Of a stretch of DNA of 64,000 nucleotides, positions 47,976 to 58,000 are shown piece by piece. The position numbers were made by a program, and so were the translations under genes. Location of the stretch: assembly GCA_973895155.1 (NCBI GenBank), contig OZ316891.1, forward strand, positions 23,373,899 to 23,437,898. The letters are read 5' to 3'. The notes below the pieces were generated by a model. The model saw only the letters and a program-made list of their open reading frames with translations. It was not told where the DNA came from and did not search any database. Source of the stretch: Marsupella aquatica (Eukaryota > Plantae > Marchantiophyta). The first letter of the stretch is position 1. Every line of letters begins with the position of its first letter.

Positions 47976-49220
47976 TTATCCTAAACCCTAAACCCTAGGC
48001 CCAAAACAAGTGACCCTATTTGGCTGTTTGGTAAATGTCGGCGAGGGTCTCTGAAATACAATGTTGGCGAGGGTCTCCAAGATACAATGAGGAAGGAAAC
48101 CTGTTCATGTCGGCAGAGGTCGTCCAGATCAGACAATACCGGCATTTGATACAAGTTTGCCGACCTCAAAGTCAAGATTGGTTGGTCATTTTTCCTAAAC
48201 CCTAAACCCTAGGCCCAACACAGGTGACCCTATTCAGCTGTTTGGTAAATGTCGGCGAGGGTCTCCGAAATATCAGTGAGGGTCTCAGTAATACAATGTC
48301 TGCGAGGGTCTCCGAGATACAATGAGGAAGGAAACCTGTTCATGTTGGCGGAGGTCACCGAGATCAGACAATACCGGCATTTGATACAAGTTTGTCGACC
48401 TCAAAGTCAAGATTGGTTGGTCATTTTTCCTAAACCCTAAACCCTAGGCCCAACACAGGTGACCCTATTCAGCTGTTTGGTAAATGTCGGCGAGGGTCTC
48501 CAAAATACAATGTCGGCGAGGGTCTCCGAAATACCTTGTCAGCGAGGGTCTCAGTAATACAATGTCGACGAGGGTCTCCAAAATACCCTGTTAACAAGGG
48601 TCTCAGTAATACAATGTTGGCAAGGGTCTCCGAGATACAATGAGGAAGGAAACCTGTTCATGTTGGCGGAGGTCGCCAAGATCAGACAATACCGGCATTT
48701 GATACAAGGTTACCGACCTCAGAGTCAAGATTGGTTGGTTAACACATTCATCCATTCATAGGAACCGTTCATACATAATATCGGTCACATATAACCGCGT
48801 CTTTTTTCCTAAACCCTAAACCCTAGTCCCAAAATAGGTAACCCTATTCGGCTATTTGGTAAATGTCGGCGAGGGTCTCCGAAATACAATGTTGGCGATG
48901 GTTTCCGAGATACAATGAGGAAGGAAACCCTATTCGGCTATTTGGTAAATGTCGGCGAGGGTCTCCGAAATACAATGTCGGCGAGGGTCTCCAAAATACA
49001 ATGTCGGTGATGGTTTTCGAGATACAATGAGGAAGGATACAATGAGGAAGGAAACCCTATTCGGCTATTTGGTAAATGTCGGCGAGGGTCTCCGAGATAC
49101 AATGTTGGCGATGGTCTCCGAAATACAATGTCGGCGAAGGTCGCCGAGATCAGACAATACCCGCATTTGATACAAGGTTGCTGACCTCAGTTAGAGTCAA
49201 GATTGGTTGGTTAACACATT
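47976..49220. repeat. Compound tandem repeat: 26-bp AATGTCGGCGAGGGTCTCCGAAATAC units, CCTAAACCCTAAACCCTAG blocks and duplicated 3' end of the SWIM ORF
   Basis: Higher-order blocks start at ~47980, 48195, 48430, 48808; GATCAGACAATACC..ATTTGATACAAG…GTCAAGATTGGTTGG occurs four times. Confidence 0.85.
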
Positions 49221-50661
49221 GATCTGTGTCGATATTCCTTTTGAAGATGTTTGCAAAGCACCAGTACAAGTGCTTGCACGGGAAGTAGGCTCTTCCCATA
49301 GACTCCCTGTACATGAAATCCTTGCAGGAGCAACTTGGGAAGACACAGATCTGTACGCAATGTATTGAAGTTTGGCCCCTACAAGTGTTGTTCACCATGA
49401 GCCTCACGCCTGTAGCATTCCCTGTTTTGATTCTCCTCATTGATGTGCACACAATTGCCTCGGTCTTAGAATTATGGATACGTGTGGCAGCGTACTTGGA
49501 GGTGTCTGACCTCCTTCGCCTTGCCTGGCCATTGCGTCGAGTACCACGCTCATTAGGCATTGTAGGATCTATCCGCTCTGGGTATGTGTTCAAATCCATT
49601 ATGATGTCGCCAGCACTCACCAATTCATTCATAACATCTTCACCAAAAATGACGTCCACTCCATTGTTGTGCAAGAACAGGACCTCTTCTTCTGTAAGAT
49701 TAGTTCCACGAGAGACAGGAAACTTTGAAGGCAGTGGTGGTAAAACACCGGTAATAAATGGCAAAGATGATTTTGTGCAACACTGGTTATTTGGGCAAAA
49801 CCAATACGGATATGGAACACCTGGTTTGTTAAATTTACTCCCAGCCAGCCAATAGATACCGACAATGCCTAATCCGCTTACTTTTAGTCTTGCCTCTCTG
49901 ATAAATTGAGCACATACTCCCCGTTCCTTGCCTTTGAATGCACCTCGACAATCGGGACTCTTACCAATCGTTGAGATGCGAGCCAAAAAGAACATGCCTG
50001 GAACCAAATCACTTTCCTGAACACGTCTTCTCACGGGCTCCAGACGTGGGGTTGACCTCGTCCTTCGGGGTTCCACAATGACAACATCTGGTTCGCCCGA
50101 GCCACGAGAGCCATCGGACGACAGATCCACAACTTTAGCATCCTGGCTTTTCAAGTTTGCGTCCCTATTTGCAATCCCCCTGAACTTCCTCTTCTTTGGT
50201 CTGGTTACCAAAACAATGTCAGGCCGGTGGGAATCTTCTACTACAACATGATGGCCAGCAGCGGCCTTCCCGCGTTTCATAGGAACCGTTTCTACATCTC
50301 CGCTAAGTGGGTCCGCGGATGAGAACTCACGCAAGTGTGGTTGAGTTACAGCGGTGTTCAATTTTGGAAAGAAAGATTCTACATTCCCAACGGCAGTAGC
50401 ATCTCGAAGTCAAAGTTCAAACAAGCTCGGTCCCTGTCCTTTCCTCCCACTGAGTTTGTAGTTCTTCAAAGCTCCATTCTGGCTCAACACGCGAGATGCA
50501 TCCAGGGTACAAGATTGTACTAACCCAACCTTTGTACTAGATGAGGATTTACGCATAGATGCGTGTACCGACTCTGCCCCGCTGTGGTTAGGCATGAGTG
50601 CTGCCTTTTCTCTGTCCATCTCCTGCAATATTGTTCTAGAAAACATATCAATTTTGGTCAT
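49150..50661 (-). pseudogene. SWIM zinc-finger protein, probably transposon (MULE-like) derived; one in-frame stop at 50410-12, 5' end apparently truncated by insertions
   Basis: PSCSCKDF…FPCKHLYW is a SWIM CxCx(n)CxH motif; 50410..50661 is in the same frame as 49150..50361. Confidence 0.6.
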
Positions 50662-52077
50662 TTGTTATGTCTAGGCAACAGACAAAATAGGTGTATCCGA
50701 GCGTATCTCGGAGAGCTTCGCCGAGATCCGACGTGTTGACGGATATCATGCATAGGGAGGGAAAGTGTTAAGACACTTACGAGTCTCAAAAAGTTTCCCC
50801 ATTGAGAAAACCGAACAATCCACTAAGACATCCACGTGGTGAGCTCCTTTGCTTTTCCTGGTAGCGCATTGCCCTCATTCCACCACGTTTTTAGCTTCTC
50901 AAAAACTCTATAGGCAAGAACTATATTACCGGCATGCCGAAGTGAATCCAACAATTCTTTATGCTCTGTCACTTGCCTCTCCAACGGTTAATACGTGCAA
51001 ACCGCACTTTTCTTCGCTTAAACCGTTGGTATCGTATTACGGGGTCGTGGAGGGACGCTATTTGGATTCTTTTCACACCAGGATGAGTATTTTGGTTTCC
51101 GCTCCCGGAAATGTAGGTTTTGATCAAGTCTACCGACTACCCTCACCCCACAGCTTTTGATCAAGTCCTGCCGACTACCCCACTACACCTTCACTCGGAG
51201 TCACCCAAAGAGTGCTGTCACCACCCCTACTCACAAGGCCGACTCAAACCAAGCAAGTTTCTTCAAATCATAGAACGGGAGAACACAATTCGGAAAGCGA
51301 AAAAGGGAGAAGGAACACACAACAAAAGCCCATCAAGTCAAATGTACAGATCCATATCTCTTGGGAAAAACGATACACATTGCATGAGTAACCCGGCCTC
51401 CTGCCGTCTACTCAACTCCTGCCTCTCCGGACAATGAGTATGGCTCCCCCTCACTACTCTGAACACGCTTTCAAACTCCTCAGGCTCCACTCTATCCCTC
51501 CTTGCTAACTTCACACTGAGTCCCCCTAACTACTTCGGGGCTATCCCCCTAAATACTGAAAAATCACACCAAAGCACCCCTCACAGGGTCACAACGGTGG
51601 CGGCTACCCTAGCGGCGCCGCTAAAACCTTGCACTAAGAGAAATCCTTAAACTGAAGAGGAGCATGCGGCACACACATGCTGCTAAAACCCTAAACCCAA
51701 AACAAGGGGGCCGACGGTGCCTTCGACGGCGCCCCAACAGTACACGTGAACCCTGAAAGTGAGAGGCACCCCAAAATGGCCGAAACTAGGTGCCCTTCCA
51801 AGTGCACACCTGAGCTCACCCCTGGATAGCTCTTCTTTTCCTGCTTCCGAATCACTAAGTCGCTCCCTCAACGGACTTCAGACGCCTGAGTTATGGCCGT
51901 TTCCGTACCGCAAAAACATAAGTTCTCCAGGCCATAACTTGCTCATCCTGGCTCCGTTTGAGGAGCGCCGCCTCTTGTTGGAATCAGCTCCGCGAGCTCA
52001 TCCCAACAAGCCCATGAGTGACCCCCCACTAAAATGTTGGAAATCTGGAGGCCGTACACCCACGTCCGTACGCCTAT

Positions 52078-53934
52078 CTAATCCTCCTCTTCTTCTTCGC
52101 TCTCGGTGCCCGGACTTGTGCCCCGTGAGTGGTCCTCCTCCTCATCACTCACGGGAGTGAGTGCCACCGTACTTTTCTTCTTCTTCGACGGAGTACTCTT
52201 AGTGCTGCTGCTCCCGCGCTTCCTCAAAGCAGCCAAGGCCTGCCACGCCTTGATGTACCCCTCACCAATTGTGTCCTTCCAGAGGGTAGCCTCTTCTCCG
52301 GACCGCAACTCCAACGGTAGAACTTGCCCCGTGGCCATGGGAGTCCCGGGGGTGACAGACCTGGGTGGCATCCCCGTACTGACCTGAGCCTCCCGTAACG
52401 ATTTCCGTACCTCCCGGAGCTTCTTCTCCAAGCTCTTACTCTTCTCCTGACTCTTCTTGGCTCCATCCAACAAGGGTCCATACTTCCCACTAACCTCCTT
52501 CACCACCATCTCGATAGCTTGGGAGATCACATCCGGGGAAAGTGTGGAGCCAGGTGTGCCGGGACTCTTCCGTTTCCCTAGACTCAGGGCCTCACTTCTC
52601 TTCGCTCGTGTCTCAAAGGCTGCCACCTGACTCCGTAGTGCTCCCACCTGGTTCCTCCACTCCATCACTTCTCCAGAATTTTGCTTCTCTTTGGCCAATG
52701 CTTGCCTCAACGCTCCTACTTCTTCTGCTTCCTTGGCCTTGGTGGACAAAGCTCCCTTCAAGTTGGTGATCTCTACGTGAGCTGCATTGATGTGCCTGAC
52801 CTTCTCATGAATGGTCTGCTCCTTGGTCTTGATCACCTCCTTCAGTGACAGGATGCTCTGCTCTAACGTCTCTACTTTGACTGTGGCGTGCTTGAGAGAC
52901 TCCCTCAATGCGTGGACTAGCTTGAGTCCCTCGTGGACTCCCTCTCTGAAATCCCGTAGCTCTGCCAAGTAAACATCCGGAATGTTGTATTCCAGAGGCT
53001 GTTTCGGATCTCCCACGAGTGATTCAAGCCACTCCAATGTGCAATCATCCTCCTGGTTCTCTTCTTCTCTATTATCCTCCCCACCAGCAGACAATGATTC
53101 CTCCGTGAGCTTCCCTAAAACGGTAGTGGCAATACTCCGGATCTCCGTGGTGAGAGATGATCCCGTGTCTTCATGCCCCGGAGAACCAATCAACCCTTCT
53201 GCCCTGGCCAATACAAATGACCCCATCAAATGTACAGCCCCACCTGGTTTCACACTCCCGGGCTCAGCGGCCAATAGCTTCTTCAATCCGTAGCACCACC
53301 ATCCGTACACATGGGCTGGGTAGTTCTTGATGTCCATAGCTACCACGAAATGCTCCTCATTCAGCACTCCGGATTGCACGTTGCCAAGAACCCGTTGATG
53401 CACCTTGGCCAGGAAGCCCTTATACTCAACATCCTTGACAGCAGAAAGAGGGATGGCGGTGGTGGAGGTAGGATTGGTCACCCAAGTGGCCACCATTTTC
53501 AACGTGAGTTCTCCCCTGATATTCCGAGGTGTGAATGAGAATTTCTGATTCTCAAGAAACAATAGCTTAGCCAACTCCACATGGGGCACTACACGTTTGA
53601 GACATTCAAAGTAGATTCCCTCCGTTCGGAACTCCATCCCGGCCTCAATGTCCCAGCTCTTCCCTGAAGGGATGGTAATCTCCACCTTCATGAATTCTGT
53701 AAGCCCGGTGGCTTGGAAAATGTTCCGACAATCCTCCATCACCTTGGTGGAGGTCTTGGGATAAATTCGACGAAAAATCTTCCTACCCACCGGTGAGGAA
53801 CCCGCTGCCAATCCCGTGCTCATCATAACTTCTCTCTCTTCCCTTTCCCGTGTAATCCGAGTCTCCACGTAGTCACGGTAAGCAGCCTTGTATCTCCGAA
53901 TGCGTGACGCACTAAACTCTGGTTGATCTAGCAT
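52078..53934 (-). CDS. LTR-encoded 618-aa protein: N-terminal globular domain, long coiled coil, basic NLS-like and acidic tail
   Basis: Intact ATG-stop ORF wholly inside the LTR; second copy at 62774->64000 differs by one visible substitution (52868 g vs 63564 a, T to M); PSKKKKS and LGKRKSP motifs. Confidence 0.85.
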   Translation of the reverse strand: MLDQPEFSASRIRRYKAAYRDYVETRITREREEREVMMSTGLAAGSSPVGRKIFRRIYPKTSTKVMEDCRNIFQATGLTEFMKVEITIPSGKSWDIEAGMEFRTEGIYFECLKRVVPHVELAKLLFLENQKFSFTPRNIRGELTLKMVATWVTNPTSTTAIPLSAVKDVEYKGFLAKVHQRVLGNVQSGVLNEEHFVVAMDIKNYPAHVYGWWCYGLKKLLAAEPGSVKPGGAVHLMGSFVLARAEGLIGSPGHEDTGSSLTTEIRSIATTVLGKLTEESLSAGGEDNREEENQEDDCTLEWLESLVGDPKQPLEYNIPDVYLAELRDFREGVHEGLKLVHALRESLKHATVKVETLEQSILSLKEVIKTKEQTIHEKVRHINAAHVEITNLKGALSTKAKEAEEVGALRQALAKEKQNSGEVMEWRNQVGALRSQVAAFETRAKRSEALSLGKRKSPGTPGSTLSPDVISQAIEMVVKEVSGKYGPLLDGAKKSQEKSKSLEKKLREVRKSLREAQVSTGMPPRSVTPGTPMATGQVLPLELRSGEEATLWKDTIGEGYIKAWQALAALRKRGSSSTKSTPSKKKKSTVALTPVSDEEEDHSRGTSPGTESEEEEED

Positions 53935-54351
53935 CCATGCATCCCGAAATCAATTTCTCAATCACCAATCCCGTCACCCGTGGCAATGTCAATTCCCTGG
54001 CCCAAAACAGCCCCCGTAGCCCGATCACTTAAATTCTCTCAATTTCCCGTCACTACTCCGTGCGGCCGCCACTAATGCCTGGAAGAATGACGCCAGCAAG
54101 CCCCACTAATCCACCATGAAAGAGAGAGCTTCAAAAATAATTAGAATCTGGAGAGAGCTTCCGGCAAGAGAGAGAAGAACCCCGTTTTTGCTTTCGGCAA
54201 TGAGAGGGTCGTGCAAAAGGAAGAGGGAAAGAAAAAGGAAGGAAAAAAAAATAGAACCGAAAAAACTCCTGGCGCCTTCGCCATGCGCCCCGGCCCATTT
54301 CTCGGGCCTTACCCTTGCGTCCTCCTGCGCGCGGCCCTATGCAGGGCGCGC

Positions 54352-54680
54352 GGCCATTCCTCCCAGCTCGCGGGAGGCCCTTTAACTCCCCCCCGCTCGC
54401 GTGATCCTCCCAGCTCGCGGGAGGCCCTTTAACTCCCCCCCGCTCGCGTGATCCTCCCAGCTCGCGGGAGGCCCTTTAACTCCCCCCCGCTCGCGTGATC
54501 CTCCCAGCTCGCGGGAGGCCCTTTAACTCCCCCCCCCCGCTCGCTTGCGCTCCTTCAGCTCGCGGAGCCTCATTAATTGCCCGGGCACGCAGCCCTATGG
54601 GCTCGCGAGGCAGCCCCTTCAGCTCGCGGAGCCCCATTAATCGCCCGGGCACGCAGCCCTATGGGCTCGCGAGGCAGCCC
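54352..54680. repeat. GC-rich tandem repeats in the LTR upstream of the LTR ORF (4 x ~47 bp + 2 x ~62 bp)
   Basis: CCTCCCAGCTCGCGGGAGGCCCTTTAACTCCCCCCCGCTCGCGTGAT x4; CAGCTCGCGGAGCC..ATTAAT.GCCCGGGCACGCAGCCCTATGGGCTCGCGAGGCAGCCCC x2. Confidence 0.9.
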
Positions 54681-55008
54681 CTCTTTCTCTCGGACGGCCA
54701 CTAATGGGACTCGCCCTCCTGAGGAGGGATTTATTTAAAAAAAAACCCCCCCCTCTCCTGACTTTGCAATGGGGGTCTCAACAATAGCTCTTGAAGCAAA
54801 ACGGTAAGTCCTATGGGGCTGGTCCTGGCTAGTTTCAAGGTCCCAAAATATTTGCCCACTTAGGTCGCCGCAAATCTTAGAACTATTATGAGAGAAAGAA
54901 TATAAAGTCACCTGGGGCATCATCAACCTATAATGACGGAATTAACTAAAAATTAAAAAATGGCTTATTTACATTGACTATTAACAAGGTATCGGCCTTT
55001 GCAACCAG

Positions 55009-58000
55009 TTATGTGTGACTTCCCGTGACGGGGTACCCGTCACATAGCTCCTCTCTTAATTGCGAAGCGCCCCCGCGAGCACCATACTCTTCCTCCGTGT
55101 AGTACTTCTTTAGGCGCTCTTGATTGATCCGTGTGTTGAGTAGTTGCCCCTCCAATGTCTTGAGTTGAACCGAGCCGTTGGAGTAGACGGCATCCACTAC
55201 GTAGGGTCCCATCCACCGTGTATGCAACTTCCCGGGGAAATGCATGAAGCGGCTATCGTAGAGGAGCACCAAATCTCCCTCCTCAATGGACACACGACGG
55301 AGACGGGAATCGTAATGTGACTTGCGTTTGCCTTGCTCCTGCTCCGTATGTGTCAAAGCCTCTTCTCGTGTCTCCGTGAGTTGCTCCAACTGTTGGATCC
55401 GTGAAGCGACACTTTCTTCTGCCCCTTCCCTTTCCCGTGTTAGGATTCGAATGGTTGGAACCTCAAATTCCACCGGCACAAGAGAGTGTTGTCCAAACAC
55501 AAGGAAATAGGGGCTGTGGCCCGTGGTAGTCTTGTGAGCCAGGTTGTAAGCGTAAGTGGCAGCCAACAACTTCAAATCCCAATCGGTCTTGTGAGCGGAT
55601 ACCGTTTTGTTGAGGATCTTGCCCATGATCCCGTTGGCTCTCTCAGTGAGCCCGTTGGCTCGAGGGTGGTACGGAGTGGTCTTCCTATGTGAGATCAAGT
55701 AGTTCTCCGTCAAACGTTCAATCGTATGATTGAGGAAGTGAGTACCCCTGTCACTTACCAACTCCAATGGTGGACCAAATCGTGTAAAAATCTGCTCATA
55801 CAAAAAACGTGCCGTGGTGTTGGCATCATCCTTGGCAGTAGCTCGGGCCTCCACCCACTTGGTGGCATAGTCCGTTGCAAGAATGATGTAGCGCTTCCTC
55901 CCTCTTCGTGTGATGGGAGTGAAAGGGCCAATGAAGTCCACCCCCCACTTCTCAAAGGGTGCAAGAGGAAGTATGGGCACCAATGGGTGTCGTGAGGAGG
56001 GCCCTGGTTTGCCTTGACGCTGGCACGGATCACATCGCTGGATGTACCGGTGTACATCCCGAAAGAGAGTTGGCCACCAATATCCAGCATCTAGTATTTT
56101 CCTTGCGGTGGTCTCCCGTGCAAAGTGGCCACCAGCTTCCTCCTCATGTAATGCTGCCATGACTGTATGTATCTCCGCTTCCTCCAAACAACGACGAAGT
56201 CGGCCATCCATGCCGTACTTGTGAAGTACTCCCTTCACAAGCAAGTAGGGACCTGTCTTACGCAAAAACACTGCTGCTCTCTCCGGGCCCAAACGTGAGG
56301 GAACTCTAGCCGTGCGGAGAAATTCCAAAATTTCTCCATACCAAGTAGTGGCCTCTGTATTCACGCTGAACACTTCCTCATCCGGGAACCGATCATCAAT
56401 CTCCTGGGAGTCAGATGCTCCCTCAATACGGGAGAAGAAGTCTGCATTGCTATGACTCTTCCCCGATCTTACTCTCACCTCATAGTTGAACTCTTGTAGC
56501 AACAAAACCCAACGTGCAATTCTCCCGGACAGATCTGGCTTGTTGACCATGTATTTCAAGCTGTTGTGATCCGTGTGGAACACAACCTTGTACCCCAACA
56601 AATAATGACGATACTTCTTACAAGCGTAGATGATACCAAGTGCCTCCCTATCGGTGGGTGAGTAGTTTTTCTCTGCCGGGGCCAACTGCCTACTGGCAAA
56701 GTAGATGGGATGGTCTCTTCCATCATCATCTAACTGACTCAAAACGGCACCGATGCAAAATCCTGATACGTCTACGTAAACATGGAATTCCTTATTCCAA
56801 TTGGGCGTAATGAGCACGGGGGCCTCTAGCAATCGTTTCTTCAATTCATCAAAAGCAGCCTGACGGGAAGGAGTAGGTTCAAACTCACTTCCTTTTTTCA
56901 ACATGGAAGTGAGTGGCATGGCTACCTTGGCAAAGTCTTTGATGAAGCGTCGGTAGTAGCCAACACACCCCAAGAACCCTCTCACTTCCTTCACATTCTT
57001 GGGAAATGAGACTGCTACCCACACGGCGACCTTCTCACGATCAACTTCAATCCCTCGTGCAGACACTTTGTGGCCCAATAGGATTCCCTCCTCAATTCCA
57101 AAGAAACATTTCTCCGGATGCAGCTTCAGGCAAGTCTCCCGGCACCGCTGAAAAGTCAACCGTAAGTGTTCCGGATGCTTGACTCGTTTGCCGTAGACAG
57201 CAAAGTCATCAATAAAGATCTCCAAGAACCTGCGTAAAAAGTCATGAAATATATTCATCATGAGCCGTTGGAACATGCCAGGGGCATTGCACAACCCAAA
57301 AGGCATTCTCCGGAATGCAAAAATCCCCCACTCTGTTGTGAAAGCCGTCTTGAGTTGGTCCTCCTCCCGTATCCAGATTTGGTTGTACCCAGAGTAGCCA
57401 TCCAAGAAGCTGTATATCTCCCAACCTGCTACCATGTCCAACACGATATCCGTGAACGGTAGCGGGTAGTGATCCTTCTTGGTCGCATCATTCAACTTTC
57501 GAAAATCTTGGCACACCCGTATTTTCACCTTCCCGTCTGGCCCCTTTTTCTTGGGCACGATTACGATGGGTGACACCCACTCACTATGCATGACCGGATA
57601 AATGAATCCTGCATCCAACAAACGGTCAATCTCCTCCTTCACCATGAGTGAGTATTTGGGGTTGAGGCGGTATTGGCGTTGCCTCACAGGTCGTGCTCCT
57701 GACATCAGGTCAATGCTGTGCTCACCAAACTCAGGTGGCACTCCTTTCAAATCTTGGTGGCTCCACGCAAATACGTCTTGGTACTCTTTCAACAATTCCT
57801 GAATCGTGCGTTGCTCCGTAGCATCCAACTTACTACCAATGTTGAGTGTCTTGCCCTCACCCACTTCCACCTTTGTGTACTGCTCCGGCCTGATCACGTC
57901 CAACTTGTTGCGTGTCTCCTCATCAAAGGTTTCTTCCAACCGTGCGAGCCTCATCCCTCCATACACCGGTGCATCACTCTCCTCCTGGTCTGGTCGGGAT

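Larger units (their letters stand above)
50967..55044 (-). repeat. 3' LTR of element B (4078 bp)
   Basis: TGTCAC at 50967; GTCACA at 55044 next to the PPT; both ends match the 980-bp solo LTR at 40187-41166. Confidence 0.88.

Noticed and set aside
47980-48825. Interstitial telomere
   Set aside because: Only doublets of AAACCCT embedded in a larger repeat unit.
48040-49150. CRISPR-like array of 26-bp repeats
   Set aside because: Units are adjacent or separated by repeated, not unique, sequence; no cas genes; eukaryotic context.
50404-50412. Programmed readthrough in the SWIM ORF
   Set aside because: The context is TGA-CTT-CGA, not CARYYA, and the gene appears 5'-truncated; a nonsense mutation is more likely.
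51826-54792. Nested DNA transposon explaining the LTR ORF (ATAGCTCTT at 51826 and 54784 as a 9-bp TSD)
   Set aside because: No terminal inverted repeats, no matching TG start, no transposase motifs, and the positions do not match the breakpoints against the 980-bp solo LTR.
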